Below are positions 8,405-18,503 of a stretch of DNA of 64,000 bases, one piece after another. A program made the translations under genes and the position numbers. The DNA comes from an uncultured Planctomycetia bacterium (GTDB lineage Bacteria > Omnitrophota > Gorgyraeia > Gorgyraeales > Gorgyraeaceae). How positions within the stretch are numbered: position 1 is the first letter of the stretch; every line of letters begins with the position of its first letter. The notes beneath the pieces are model-generated. The model saw only the letters and a list, made by a program, of their open reading frames with translations, did not search any database and was not told the origin of the DNA. The stretch is taken from the NCBI GenBank assembly GCA_964415355.1, contig CAYPYS010000001.1, positions 145,733 to 209,732 of the forward strand. Direction: 5' to 3'.

Positions 8405-11173
8405 TCACTTGCCATGGCACTTCTTGTATTTCTTTCCGCTGCCGCAGGGGCAGGGGTCATTTCTGCCGACTTTATCTTGTTGAGTATGCTGCTCGAGCGG
8501 CACGATTGGTTCTTGCGGCCCAGCCAGCCCCGCTGCCGGACGGATCGGCTTTTTCGACATTGGCGAAACATCGTTATGCACAAATTTCTGAGGCAGCGAC
8601 TGGAATACACTTTTCACCTTTATGTCTTCTCGCACGGCCTGGACCTTAAATAAGAACTCTACGGTCTCGTCTTTTATGGAATCTATCATCGACATGAACA
8701 TGTTATAACCTTCGTGTTGATATTCCACCAATGGATCGCGCTGGCCATATGCCCTGAGTCCTATACCCTCTCTCAGATTATCCATCGCGTGCAGATGGTC
8801 TTTCCATTTCGTATCAATGATCTGAAGCATTATCATCTTCTCGACATGCCTCATGGCATCCGGGTTCATGTTTTTCTTTTTTTCTTCATACAGACTCTTG
8901 ACTAAGCCTAAAAGCGCGCTTAAAATTCCATCTCTATCTTTTCCTTCTGTCATGTCCTCGAGATTTTGAACGCGTATATTAAATTTTGACCAGAACCATT
9001 CGTTGAACTCGCTGTATTTCCAGTCAGCCTTGCTGATGTCAGGATTAAGATACGTCTCGATCGCGGCGTCGATAATCTCCTCTACGATCTCGTATAAATG
9101 AGACTCCAGATTATCCTCGAGCAAAACCTTTCGTCTCTCCGCGTATATGACCTCACGCTGCTTGTTCATTACATTATCGTATTCCAATATGTGTTTTCGT
9201 ATGTCAAAATTATGCTGCTCCACTCTTTTCTGCGCCACCTCGATCGCACGGCTCACAAGTGGATGCTGGATGTCCTGGCCTTTTTCTATCCCAAGCCTGT
9301 CGTATATGCCGGAGATCCTGTCCGAGCCAAAGAGTCTCATGAGATCGTCTGCGAGCGAGATGTAAAAGCGCGATGAACCTGGGTCGCCCTGTCTGCCTGC
9401 GCGGCCGCGTAACTGATTGTCAACGCGCCTCGACTCATGGCGCTCCGTGCCTATCACGTGCAGGCCGCCAAGCCCAACGACTTTTTCGTGGTCATTGCCG
9501 ACCTTTTCTTTTGCCTCGGGAAGCAATTTTTTTATCTCTTCTTCGGCCGTGTCATCCGGCCCAAGTCCTTTCGCCTTTAGCCAGTCATTCATTAAGAATT
9601 CCGCGTTGCCGCCAAGCAAAATATCTGTGCCGCGGCCAGCCATGTTCGTCGCAATAGTCACGCCGCCGAGCCTGCCTGCCTGCGCGACGATCGTCGCCTC
9701 CATCTCGTGATACTTCGCGTTAAGGACATTGTGCGGAATGCTGCGACGTTTCAAAAGCGAGCTCAAGCGCTCAGACCGCTCAATAGAAATAGTGCCTACG
9801 AGAACAGGCCTGCCTTTTTTGTTGAGCTCCTCGATCTCGTTGCACACAGCATCAAACTTTTCTTCTTCTGTCTTGTAGATCACGTCAGCGTGGTTCGTCC
9901 TTATCAGAACTTTATTCGTGGGCACTGCCACTGTGTCCAATTTATAGATGTGGCTGAATTCCGATGCTTCTGTCATCGCGGTGCCGGTCATGCCGGCGAG
10001 TTTTTTATACATCCTGAAATAATTTTGAAATGTAATAGTGGCGAGTGTCTGGTTTTCTCTTTCTATCTTCATCCCCTCTTTCGCCTCGACCGCCTGATGC
10101 AGGCCATCTGACCAGCGCCTGCCAGGCATGAGGCGGCCGGTGAATTCGTCGACGATGATCACCTGTCCGTCCTTCACCACGTAGTCCACATCTTTCTCGA
10201 AGAGGTTATGCGCCTTCAGGGCCTGTATGATATGGTGCCGGTATTCCATCGTGCTGATATCGTGCATGTTTTCAATGCCAAGCGCTTCTGCCACCTTTAC
10301 CTCGCCCTGCTCTGTCAGGTGCGCGGTGTGCGCCTTTTCGTCGACAATGTAATCATAGCCCTGCGAAAGGTCAATGCCTTTAAACTTCGCATCGATCTCG
10401 TCTTTTTCCAGGATTATTCTGCCTTTGAGGCGCGGCACTATCTTGTTGCATGTATAATATTTATCAGTGGACTCTTCTGAGGGCCCTGAGATAATAAGAG
10501 GTGTACGCGCTTCGTCAATTAGAATGCTGTCGACCTCGTCGACAATCGTATAGCTTAGCTCGCGCTGCACCATATGTTCTTTCCTCGCAACCATGTTGTC
10601 GCGCAGGTAATCGAATCCGAATTCGTTATTGGTGCCGTACGTTATGTCGCTAGCGTAAGCCTTCTGCCTGAGCACAGGCTCCATGTCATGTTGAATTACT
10701 CCAACGGTAAGCCCTAAAAATTCATAGACAGGCCCCATCCACTCCCTGTCTCTGCGAGCTAGGTAGTCATTGACAGTAATGATGTGCGTGCCTTTGCCTG
10801 GAAGCGCGTTTAGATAAGCAGCCAGCGTCGCGACAAGCGTTTTTCCCTCGCCAGTCGCCATCTCTGCTATCTTGCCCTGGTGAAGCACGATGCCGCCTAT
10901 GAGCTGCACGTCAAAGTGCCGCATACCGATTGTGCGGCGCGCAGTCTCGCGCACAGTAGCGAATGCCTCCGGCAATATGTCGTCTACTGTCTCTCCGCGA
11001 GACAGGCGTTCCCTGAACTCACTGGTCTTCTGGCGCAGCTTGTCGTCCGAGAGCTTTTGAAACTCCGGCTCAAGGGAATTTATCTTTTCCACTTCCGGCT
11101 GCAGCTTCTTAAGCTCTCTCTGATTCTGCGTCCCTATCATTTTATTCAACACCCACGCAAACATAATCCCCAT
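8405..11173 (-). CDS. secA: preprotein translocase ATPase SecA
   Basis: 922 aa with DEAD-motor, preprotein-crosslinking and scaffold domains and a C-terminal zinc finger [14 protein letters not shown]; the better-placed start is probably the MFAW methionine at ~11164, with an AGGTGG SD just upstream. Confidence 0.9.
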   Translation of the reverse strand: MGIMFAWVLNKMIGTQNQRELKKLQPEVEKINSLEPEFQKLSDDKLRQKTSEFRERLSRGETVDDILPEAFATVRETARRTIGMRHFDVQLIGGIVLHQGKIAEMATGEGKTLVATLAAYLNALPGKGTHIITVNDYLARRDREWMGPVYEFLGLTVGVIQHDMEPVLRQKAYASDITYGTNNEFGFDYLRDNMVARKEHMVQRELSYTIVDEVDSILIDEARTPLIISGPSEESTDKYYTCNKIVPRLKGRIILEKDEIDAKFKGIDLSQGYDYIVDEKAHTAHLTEQGEVKVAEALGIENMHDISTMEYRHHIIQALKAHNLFEKDVDYVVKDGQVIIVDEFTGRLMPGRRWSDGLHQAVEAKEGMKIERENQTLATITFQNYFRMYKKLAGMTGTAMTEASEFSHIYKLDTVAVPTNKVLIRTNHADVIYKTEEEKFDAVCNEIEELNKKGRPVLVGTISIERSERLSSLLKRRSIPHNVLNAKYHEMEATIVAQAGRLGGVTIATNMAGRGTDILLGGNAEFLMNDWLKAKGLGPDDTAEEEIKKLLPEAKEKVGNDHEKVVGLGGLHVIGTERHESRRVDNQLRGRAGRQGDPGSSRFYISLADDLMRLFGSDRISGIYDRLGIEKGQDIQHPLVSRAIEVAQKRVEQHNFDIRKHILEYDNVMNKQREVIYAERRKVLLEDNLESHLYEIVEEIIDAAIETYLNPDISKADWKYSEFNEWFWSKFNIRVQNLEDMTEGKDRDGILSALLGLVKSLYEEKKKNMNPDAMRHVEKMIMLQIIDTKWKDHLHAMDNLREGIGLRAYGQRDPLVEYQHEGYNMFMSMIDSIKDETVEFLFKVQAVREDIKVKSVFQSLPQKFVHNDVSPMSKKPIRPAAGLAGPQEPIVPLEQHTQQDKVGRNDPCPCGSGKKYKKCHGK

Positions 11174-11179
11174 CCCACC

Positions 11180-11216
11180 TAAGTTTACATTTTAACGTTG
11201 TTGAAATGTAAACTTA
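11180..11216. repeat. family 1 copy 7 (R variant, B/B)
   Basis: TAAGTTTACATTTTAACGTTGTTGAAATGTAAACTTA; abuts the AGGTGGG SD of secA. Confidence 0.9.
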
Positions 11217-11232
11217 CGCGCAGCTTTATAGC

Positions 11233-12324
11233 CTATTTCCGCGCGCGCCACTTTAAAAACGCCTCGATAAAATCCACGAGCGCGCCATTCATCACAGCGT
11301 TTACATTAGACGTCTCGCAGCTGGTCCTGTGATCCTTTACCATCGAATATGGGTGCATGACATACGAACGTATCTGGCTACCCCATTCTATTTTTCGCTT
11401 CTTCGAATACTCAGCTTCTATTTCCTTCCTTCTCTCTTCCGCTTTTAGCTCGTAAAGCTTTGCCTTCAAGACCTTCATCGCAGTGGCCTTATTCTTATGC
11501 TGCGAGCGTTCGTTCTGACATTGCGTGACAATGCCTGTCGGCAAATGCGTGATCCTCACCGCAGAATCAGTTACATTCACGTGCTGGCCTCCTGCGCCGC
11601 TAGAGCGATACGTGTCGATGCGTAGCTCAGATTCATTGATATCTACATCAATGTCATCCTCGACCTCGGGTATGACGTCAACTGACGCAAAAGACGTGTG
11701 CCTCCGCTTGTTAGCGTCGAACGGCGAGATCCTCACGAGACGATGCACCCCTATTTCTGACTTTAGATAGCCAAACGCGTAGTCGCCCGTTACGATCATG
11801 ACCGCGCTTTTAACTCCAGCTTCTTCGCCAGGAAGAACATCTATTATCTTTGTCTTGTAGCCATTGCTCTCGGCCCACATCGAATACATCCTCAAAAGCA
11901 TGCTCGCCCAATCGCAGGACTCAGTGCCGCCAGCCCCTGCGTGCAAACTTAGAATCGCGTTATTCATGTCGCGCTGACCGCTCATTAGACTCTTGAACTC
12001 AAGTGAATCAATATCGCGCTCGAGCTTCTGCAATGACTCTTTTACTTCTTTCGCAGAGCCCTCGTCCTCCACCAGCACCAAAAGTTCGTTCAGCTCGTCA
12101 AACTCCTTCCTGCACTCAAAATAAGGATCGACCACAGCGCGCGCCTTTTTTAGCTCCTGGATCACGGAGCGCGCCTTTTCCTGGTTATCCCAAAATCCAG
12201 GGCTCGCGAGCTTTGCCTCAAGCTCCTTCAATGCAGCCTCATTTTTCTCGATTTCCAAATAAGACCGAAGCTCGCCGAGTTTCTTATCTAGTACCTTAAG
12301 TCTCGCTTTTATCTCTTCCAGCAT
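11233..12324 (-). CDS. prfB: peptide chain release factor 2 (no programmed frameshift)
   Basis: SPF tripeptide and GGQ motif (SGAGGQHVN); continuous 363-aa ORF. Confidence 0.85.
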   Translation of the reverse strand: MLEEIKARLKVLDKKLGELRSYLEIEKNEAALKELEAKLASPGFWDNQEKARSVIQELKKARAVVDPYFECRKEFDELNELLVLVEDEGSAKEVKESLQKLERDIDSLEFKSLMSGQRDMNNAILSLHAGAGGTESCDWASMLLRMYSMWAESNGYKTKIIDVLPGEEAGVKSAVMIVTGDYAFGYLKSEIGVHRLVRISPFDANKRRHTSFASVDVIPEVEDDIDVDINESELRIDTYRSSGAGGQHVNVTDSAVRITHLPTGIVTQCQNERSQHKNKATAMKVLKAKLYELKAEERRKEIEAEYSKKRKIEWGSQIRSYVMHPYSMVKDHRTSCETSNVNAVMNGALVDFIEAFLKWRARK

Positions 12325-12586
12325 AACCTTCTCTTTCCAGCCCCAAAAGTCGCTTCTTTAAATCCTCACCAAACGCATATTTGCCGAGCGCACCGCCAGT
12401 ATGCACGATTCTATGGCACGGCACGATCAAGGGGAACGGATTCTTGCTCAATGCCTGCCCGACCGCACGGCTCGCTCCAGGCTCACCGACTTTCTCCGCC
12501 ACCCACGCATAAGTCCTTGCCTGGCCTTGAGGTATGCGCTTCACCACAGTATATACCTTTTTCTGAAATGAAGTCAATGTTTTCAT
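12296..12586 (-). CDS. short methylated-DNA--protein-cysteine methyltransferase domain protein (MGMT/Ogt C-terminal domain only)
   Basis: 96 aa with the PCHR active-site motif (IVPCHRIVHTGG); overlaps the prfB start by 29 nt. Confidence 0.6.
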   Translation of the reverse strand: MKTLTSFQKKVYTVVKRIPQGQARTYAWVAEKVGEPGASRAVGQALSKNPFPLIVPCHRIVHTGGALGKYAFGEDLKKRLLGLEREGYAGRDKSET

Positions 12587-12610
12587 CGCCCCGCACGCAC
12601 CCTCACCGCC

Positions 12611-12647
12611 TAAGTTTACATTTTAACATTGTTAAAGTGTAAACTTA
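12611..12647. repeat. family 1 copy 8 (near-perfect palindrome, B/B)
   Basis: TAAGTTTACATTTTAACATTGTTAAAGTGTAAACTTA; only one mismatched pair across 37 bp. Confidence 0.9.
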
Positions 12648-12686
12648 GCAATATGTCAACGCTCCTGCCTGCCGTCTGTCTGCCTG

Positions 12687-13937
12687 CTATATCCCGGCCT
12701 TCTTCTCCCTCAGCTTATGGTGATACTTGAGCGCGAACCTGTGCGCCTCGTCCCTGATCCTCTGTATAAAATGCAATATCTGCGCGTCCTTATTTATCGT
12801 CAAAGGCCTTCTTGAACTCCGCGTATATATCCTCTCCTCTTGCTTGGCAATCGAGATTATCGGGATGCGGCTGAGATTCAGCCTCACGAGCTCATCGTAC
12901 GCCACGCCCAGATGCCCCTTGCCCCCGTCTATTATAACAAGATCAGGGAGCGCACCGCCTTCTTCTTTGAGCCTCTTATATCTGCGCCTAACGATCTCGC
13001 GGATCATCGCGTAATCATCGATATCATCCACGCTCTTTATCTTAAATTTTCTATAATTCGACTTGTCCGGGCTGCCATTGTGAAAACAAACCATAGAACC
13101 AGTCGCTTCCTTACCCTGGATATTGGAAACATCAAACGCCTCTATTATCAAAGGCAACCTAGGAAGCCGCAAAAGCCTCTTCAGCTTCACCGCGACATCG
13201 CCCCACCCGCTATAATCCCTCATCTTTTTCCCAGGCACTTCTGAAAGCGCAGCGATCCTGTTCCTTATAATAACTGCATCTTCGAAATTCTGCTCTCGAG
13301 CCAGCTCCTTCATCTTCTGCTCTAACTCCCGCAGGAGCCGTGTCTTTTTTCCCTCTAAAAACAACACGAGCTGCGCCACGACCTCGCGGTATTCCTTTAC
13401 CCCCACTTTTTTAACGCACGGCCCAATGCATTGGCCAATGTGATAATTCAAACACACCTGCTTCGGTATTTTCTTGCATGTCCTTAGAGGAAAAATGCTT
13501 TTCATTATAGACAATGCCTTGCGCAAAAGCTTGACCTGCGTGTACGGCCCAAAATACCTCGACCCGTCATCTGACTTTTTCCTGGTGATAATAAGGCGCG
13601 GGAATTTTTCATCAGTCAATTTTAGAAACGGAAAACTCTTGTCGTCTTTTAGGTCAACGTTATACTTTGGCTTTTTCTCCTTTATCAGGTTCGCCTCGTA
13701 TATGAGCGCCTCTTCCTCGGAAGTCGTGACAATATAATCCAACTCCCTCATTTGCTCCAATAAATGCATGTGCCGGCCTGTCTTTGGCCTGCTCTCGTAA
13801 AAATAACTCGACACGCGCTTCGATAAATCCTTTGCCTTACCTATATATAACATCTGGCCCTGGCCGTCTTTCATCATATACACGCCGGGCGCATGCGGTA
13901 CTTCTTTCAACTTTTTCTTCAATCCCTTTGATCTCAT
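12687..13937 (-). CDS. UvrC-like excinuclease subunit, short form (GIY-YIG, UVR motif and RNase H-like endonuclease domain; no C-terminal HhH)
   Basis: GIY-YIG motif (GVYMMKDGQGQMLYIGKAKDL), a UVR motif, and a UvrC endonuclease-domain segment (IEAFDVSNIQG...IIDGGKGHL); only 416 aa. Confidence 0.65.
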   Translation of the reverse strand: MRSKGLKKKLKEVPHAPGVYMMKDGQGQMLYIGKAKDLSKRVSSYFYESRPKTGRHMHLLEQMRELDYIVTTSEEEALIYEANLIKEKKPKYNVDLKDDKSFPFLKLTDEKFPRLIITRKKSDDGSRYFGPYTQVKLLRKALSIMKSIFPLRTCKKIPKQVCLNYHIGQCIGPCVKKVGVKEYREVVAQLVLFLEGKKTRLLRELEQKMKELAREQNFEDAVIIRNRIAALSEVPGKKMRDYSGWGDVAVKLKRLLRLPRLPLIIEAFDVSNIQGKEATGSMVCFHNGSPDKSNYRKFKIKSVDDIDDYAMIREIVRRRYKRLKEEGGALPDLVIIDGGKGHLGVAYDELVRLNLSRIPIISIAKQEERIYTRSSRRPLTINKDAQILHFIQRIRDEAHRFALKYHHKLREKKAGI

Positions 13938-13945
13938 ACATCTCC

Positions 13946-13982
13946 TAACTTTACACTTTAACGTTGTTGAAATGTAAAGTTA
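13946..13982. repeat. family 1 copy 9 (R, A/A), tandem with copy 10
   Basis: Abuts the AGGAG SD of the uvrC-like gene; 2-nt spacer to copy 10. Confidence 0.9.
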
Positions 13983-13984
13983 CG

Positions 13985-14021
13985 TAAGTTTACATTTTAA
14001 CATTGTTAAAGTGTAAACTTA
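13985..14021. repeat. family 1 copy 10 (near-perfect palindrome, B/B)
   Basis: Same sequence as copy 8; last 3 nt are the murJ stop codon. Confidence 0.9.
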
Positions 14022-15539
14022 AGCCCTTCTCAGCATCCACTTTAAAAATTCCTTCGCCTCTTTTACGTCAAAGGCGAGTGTGGCCAATGCATAACTCGCA
14101 ATGCCTATAAAAATCACGGCAAAAAGACAAAGCCCCAGCTTATATGCAAAAAAGTAAATAATCGCAGTCATCACAAGGCTCGCCAATAACACCCTTCCGA
14201 ACGAAACCAATATTTTAAGCTCGCCAAAGCCCCCGATCTTTCTCCTCAACACAAAAAACAGCAAAAAGAAATTAAAGGCGCCCGAGCACGACGTGGCAAG
14301 CGCTAGACCGCTGATCTTAAGAGGAAACATAAAAATAATATTTAAGACTACGTTCAGCACCAGAGATGCGCTCGCGATTTTCACCGGCGTAAGCGTGTCC
14401 TTTAAAGAATAATAACAGGAAACCAATATCTTGATGCCCGCATAACTAAAAAGGCCTATGGAATAAAACGCGAGCGCGCGCGAGGTTATAAACGTTGAAT
14501 ACTGATCGAATACGCCGCGTTCGAACAATGTGCTGGTTATAGGCCGCGCCAACACTATAAGCCCGAGAGAGGCCGGTAGCATTATAAAATTAACTGCCCT
14601 GAGAGAAAACGAAAGCGTCTCTTTTAACTTGCCCAGGCCTGATTCAAGCGCCTGCCTGGACATGGTCGGAAGCGCGGCCTGCGCGATAGCTATTCCAAAT
14701 ATCGCCAATGGAAATTGAAAGATCCTGTTTGCGTAGTAAAGTGCTGCGACGCCCCCTTCGCCTACTATATGCGCAAGCGAGGCGAGCATTGTATTGACAA
14801 AAATATTTATCTGGTACACGCACGAACCCAATATCCTCGGGAGCATCAAAACGCCTATTTTTTTCACTGCTACATGGTGCACTCCGCTCGCAAAATTAAA
14901 ACGAAACCCTTTGGAGAAAAGAACGGGGATCTGCACTGCCAACTGGACCACGCCGCCGATTAAGACTCCTGCCGCTAGCGCCGAGACATCACCCTGCCGC
15001 AGCAAAATGCACATTATTATTGAAAAATTCAAAATCGCCGGCGCGAACGCAGGCGCTGAAAAATGTTTCAGTGAATTAAGCACTCCCATGCAATAAGCCA
15101 GCAGCCCCACCAGCAGAATGTAGGGAAACATGAAGCGCGTCAGCTGTATCGTGACTCTAAGCTTTTCAGCATCGCCTATAAATCCAGGTGCTATCATGCG
15201 TACTATGACAGGCGCGAATACCACTCCCAAAAACGTCACGACCGCGAGCACGATAAGCACAGCGTTTAGAAGCACATTCGCTAGATGCCAGAATTCTTCT
15301 TTCTTTTTGGTCGCAGAGTACTCGCTTAAGACAGGCACGAACGCCGCGTTCGTAGCGCCCTCGCCTATAAGATCGCGAAGCATGTTAGGCAGCCGGAACG
15401 CCACCACAAAGGCCTGCGCGTATCGCGCAGTCCCGAAGAATCTCGCAATCAGGATGTCGCGCGCAAACCCCAGGACCCTGCTCACGACAGTCGCGAACCC
15501 GATCACCCCCGCAGATTTAAGAATATGTCTCCTTGACAT
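14019..15539 (-). CDS. murJ: lipid II flippase MurJ
   Basis: Polytopic MurJ/MviN-family protein; ORF track start 15566 is a TTG inside repeat copy 11, and the real start is probably ATG 15537-15539 (MSRRHILKSAGVIGF...); stop codon is the last 3 nt of repeat copy 10. Confidence 0.8.
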   Translation of the reverse strand: MSRRHILKSAGVIGFATVVSRVLGFARDILIARFFGTARYAQAFVVAFRLPNMLRDLIGEGATNAAFVPVLSEYSATKKKEEFWHLANVLLNAVLIVLAVVTFLGVVFAPVIVRMIAPGFIGDAEKLRVTIQLTRFMFPYILLVGLLAYCMGVLNSLKHFSAPAFAPAILNFSIIMCILLRQGDVSALAAGVLIGGVVQLAVQIPVLFSKGFRFNFASGVHHVAVKKIGVLMLPRILGSCVYQINIFVNTMLASLAHIVGEGGVAALYYANRIFQFPLAIFGIAIAQAALPTMSRQALESGLGKLKETLSFSLRAVNFIMLPASLGLIVLARPITSTLFERGVFDQYSTFITSRALAFYSIGLFSYAGIKILVSCYYSLKDTLTPVKIASASLVLNVVLNIIFMFPLKISGLALATSCSGAFNFFLLFFVLRRKIGGFGELKILVSFGRVLLASLVMTAIIYFFAYKLGLCLFAVIFIGIASYALATLAFDVKEAKEFLKWMLRRA

Positions 15540-15547
15540 AACCCCCC

Positions 15548-15584
15548 TAACTTTACATTTCAACAACGTTAAAGTGTAAAGTTA
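15548..15584. repeat. family 1 copy 11 (F, A/A)
   Basis: Abuts the AGGGGGG SD of murJ. Confidence 0.9.
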
Positions 15585-15653
15585 GCCTCTTATTTCAATT
15601 GACAGGACTTCCTCTATATGTTATCTTAATGCTACAAAATAAGGAGAAACAAG

Positions 15654-15914
15654 ATGCCAATACTGCACGCAGCTTACAAGAGCATAAAAGTGATAAAAAG
15701 AAGGACGGCTCGAAACCTCTCCGTAAAGTCTCAGCTCAAAACAGAGACTGCGAAATTTATTGATTTGCTTTCTTCAAAAAAACCTGATGAAGCAAAAAAG
15801 CAGTTCAATATTCTAATGTCACTGCTAGATAAGGCCTGCTCTAAAGGTGTAATAAAAAATACTACGGCCTCTCGCAAAAAATCCCGCTTAATGAAAAAAC
15901 TCCGCGCCGTCTAA
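15654..15914 (+). CDS. rpsT: 30S ribosomal protein S20
   Basis: 86-aa basic protein with an S20-like N-terminal KSAIKxxRR pattern; the only plus-strand gene in the first 32 kb; TAA stop is the first 3 nt of repeat copy 12. Confidence 0.6.
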   Translation: MPILHAAYKSIKVIKRRTARNLSVKSQLKTETAKFIDLLSSKKPDEAKKQFNILMSLLDKACSKGVIKNTTASRKKSRLMKKLRAV

Positions 15915-15948
15915 CTTTACACTTTAACGTTGTTGAAATGTAAAGTTA
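15912..15948. repeat. family 1 copy 12 (R, A/A) between the convergent rpsT and holA
   Basis: First 3 nt (TAA) are the rpsT stop; last 3 nt (TTA) are the holA stop on the other strand. Confidence 0.9.
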
Positions 15949-16905
15949 GGAGCACATCCGCACTATTAATTTCTCTATGACAGTCCTGGACGGCATACCT
16001 GTCTTGATATCCAGATCTGCCCTGAGTATCTCGTCCAATAAACCCAGGATCTCGCTCTTCTTAAACCTCGAAGCATGCCGCGCGATCTGATCAAACATCC
16101 TTGGATTCAACGCAAGATCCCTGCGCATCTCCGTCTTATTCTTGATACTCAAAAGCTCCTTAACTCTTAAAATCATCCTGGTGCTCCAAGCAATAAGCCC
16201 CAGGAGCTCTATCTCGCTTTTTCTCTCCTTCTTTAAAGTACCAAATACCTGCAGCGCCTTCTTGGCGTCTTTTCTTTCAATGCTACCGATTATGTCAAAC
16301 GCAGTATGCGAAGGGCTCCTGCCAACCACCTTCTCCACATCCTCTTTTGTTATGCCCGGCCTTTTTCCGACATATAAAATTATATTCTCCACATGAGACG
16401 ATAATATTCTCAGGTCATTAGGGAGGCTTTCCTTTATCGCTTCGATCGCCTCACGCGATATTTTTTTATTGAACGCGCCCGCTTTTTTAACCAACCACGA
16501 ATTAAGGCTGCTATCTGTCAATCTCCTAAAGTAGACCAGCTGTGCGGCCTTCGAGGCCCCCAAAAGGAATTCGCCTTTGATAAAAACTGACGAGCTTTCA
16601 ATGACAAATACAGAGCTCTCCTTTGGGTTGCTCAAATAAGATAAGATAGATTTTTTATCAGCCTGAAGCAACGAATCAGCGCCCTTTAATATAACCAGCC
16701 TCTTCTTTGAAATAAAAGGCATTGTCTCAAGTGCATCTGTCAATCGCTTGACGCTAAAATTTTTATCCTTTGCGTAAAAAATACTGTAGTTCAGGTCCCT
16801 GGTTGCCGCATCGAGGAATTTTATCTTTAATGTCTCGATCGCCTCTTCTTTTAAAAAATCTTCTTCGCCAAGGAAAAGATAGGAAGAAATGTTTTTGGTG
16901 GGCAT
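15946..16905 (-). CDS. holA: DNA polymerase III delta subunit
   Basis: 319 aa HolA family; stop codon is the last 3 nt of repeat copy 12; follows an lptE-like gene, as in the leuS-lptE-holA arrangement. Confidence 0.7.
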   Translation of the reverse strand: MPTKNISSYLFLGEEDFLKEEAIETLKIKFLDAATRDLNYSIFYAKDKNFSVKRLTDALETMPFISKKRLVILKGADSLLQADKKSILSYLSNPKESSVFVIESSSVFIKGEFLLGASKAAQLVYFRRLTDSSLNSWLVKKAGAFNKKISREAIEAIKESLPNDLRILSSHVENIILYVGKRPGITKEDVEKVVGRSPSHTAFDIIGSIERKDAKKALQVFGTLKKERKSEIELLGLIAWSTRMILRVKELLSIKNKTEMRRDLALNPRMFDQIARHASRFKKSEILGLLDEILRADLDIKTGMPSRTVIEKLIVRMCS

Positions 16906-16918
16906 TGTTTATAAAGAA

Positions 16919-17482
16919 TTACCAGCCTTCTACGATCTTATTTATTATTCTTCTGGCCAGATCCGATGCAGCCTCATTCAGCGCGTCTGTCTCGCTTTTC
17001 TGTAAAGACCCTGTGGTAAAATAAGTCGTGTCTCCGACTATCTGCTTCTCCTCTATCAATACAGTTGAATCGCTGGACCTCTTTAATCTTACATCACAGA
17101 TCAGGCTTATCCTGTATTCCTCTACGTCCTCATCCTGATATCTGACAGGATCTTTCCTGAACTCTGTTATCTCACCCTCTAAAATAGCATCGGCATTCTT
17201 TTTTTTCGCTACCTTTAGATAGCCGTCTAAAAATATCCTGTCTAAAATAGCGTCACGCAGATCCACTTCGAGATCAGGCCTGTATACTTCGTATTTATCT
17301 TTCGCGCTAACCTCTTTGGTTATATCGATTCTATTTCTAAATATGTCTACGTGGATAGTCTTTACTCCCTCAGGGAGCATGGCCCTTGTTGTATAGCCAC
17401 AGCCGGCAATGATGCATAAAAACAAAAGCACCAGTCCTCTTCCCATTAAAAATAGCATAGCATTAGTTTTTCTCGATCTCAT
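16919..17482 (-). CDS. LptE-like outer-membrane lipoprotein
   Basis: 187 aa; lipobox IIAGCGY; position immediately upstream of holA matches the conserved lptE-holA synteny. Confidence 0.45.
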   Translation of the reverse strand: MRSRKTNAMLFLMGRGLVLLFLCIIAGCGYTTRAMLPEGVKTIHVDIFRNRIDITKEVSAKDKYEVYRPDLEVDLRDAILDRIFLDGYLKVAKKKNADAILEGEITEFRKDPVRYQDEDVEEYRISLICDVRLKRSSDSTVLIEEKQIVGDTTYFTTGSLQKSETDALNEAASDLARRIINKIVEGW

Positions 17483-18413
17483 TAAGCCTCTCCTGTGCCT
17501 TTACCGCCCATTCTGTGTCAGGATAATTCTCCGTTATGTCTCTGTAATATATCGCCGCGCTATCGATCTTCCGCCTGGATTCATAATACTGAGCTATTTT
17601 GTACGCGTTCTCAGCCTCTCTGGATTTCAGTTTAACAACGATCTCTTTCGCCTCGACTGACATATCGCTGTCAGGATGTTTTTCAATAAACTCCTCAAAC
17701 TCCTCTCGCGCAGACACAGTGGGGGTCTGATCATAATCAGGTCTTAGAGACAGGAGCTTCGAACACTCCGCCAATTCATACCTCGCCTTATTTATGAACT
17801 CTGAACCTGGATACTTGTCGATCAAATCCTTAAACATCATTATGGCGCTATCGTAATCAGCTATGCTCTTGTAAGCAAGGCCTGCTTTTAACATTGCCGG
17901 CTCTGCGTACTTCCCATAAGGTGCGTTGTCAATGACGGTCTTAAATATCTCTATTGCCTTGTCCTTGGCCGGCATCTTCAATACACCCAAGATCTCGATC
18001 TTCTTCCCTAAAAAAAACATCTCACCTATTTTGTATTCCCTCTCTATGACCTCTTCCACAAATTCTGTATAAGGGTATAGGTCTATTACCTTCTGGTAGG
18101 CCTTGTACGCCTCATAGTAATTGCCCAGCTCTTCCATGATACGGCCTATATGATATTGGGCCTTGGGCGCTTCTTTTGAGAGCGGGTAATGTTTTATCAG
18201 CTTCTTGAATTCCCTCAGCGCTGCCTTAAAATTCTTTTCTTCATAGAAGATCATCGCATACTCTAGCTGCTCCTGAGGCGTGTCTTTGGCGGCGTACTTA
18301 GGATTTTCCCACTTCCCGCTATCTGGCGTCCACACCCAATAAGCAAAAACAGGCTGGATCGCGAAGCAGAATATAAATATTATTAATATAGATATACGAT
18401 ATATATGAGCCAT
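17463..18413 (-). CDS. BamD-like TPR outer-membrane assembly lipoprotein
   Basis: TPR repeats and a signal peptide; ORF track start 18422 is a TTG, and ATG at 18411-18413 (MAHIYRISILIIF...) is the likelier start. Confidence 0.55.
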   Translation of the reverse strand: MAHIYRISILIIFIFCFAIQPVFAYWVWTPDSGKWENPKYAAKDTPQEQLEYAMIFYEEKNFKAALREFKKLIKHYPLSKEAPKAQYHIGRIMEELGNYYEAYKAYQKVIDLYPYTEFVEEVIEREYKIGEMFFLGKKIEILGVLKMPAKDKAIEIFKTVIDNAPYGKYAEPAMLKAGLAYKSIADYDSAIMMFKDLIDKYPGSEFINKARYELAECSKLLSLRPDYDQTPTVSAREEFEEFIEKHPDSDMSVEAKEIVVKLKSREAENAYKIAQYYESRRKIDSAAIYYRDITENYPDTEWAVKAQERLNEIEKN

Positions 18414-18460
18414 AGTATACAAAATCTTATCACAACCCCTTCTTTATGTCAACCTAAGCT

Positions 18461-18497
18461 TAAGTATACAATTTAACGTTGTTGAAGTGTATACTTA
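18461..18497. repeat. family 1 copy 13 (arms C/C), tandem with copy 14
   Basis: TAAGTATACAATTTAACGTTGTTGAAGTGTATACTTA. Confidence 0.85.
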
Positions 18498-18503
18498 ATA
18501 AGC

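Noticed and set aside
11233-12324. Programmed +1 frameshift in prfB
   Set aside because: The RF2 ORF is continuous from an N-terminal Met through the SPF and GGQ motifs with no in-frame UGA near codon 25. No frameshift is needed.
15540-15566. N-terminal extensions MLKCKVRG or MLKCILK on murJ (14019..15566), the methyltransferase (26875..27450) and the lipoprotein (20919..21332)
   Set aside because: The extensions begin at TTG or ATG codons inside the palindromic element and are identical between unrelated proteins. Better-placed ATG starts with SDs lie just downstream at 15539, 27426 and 21278.
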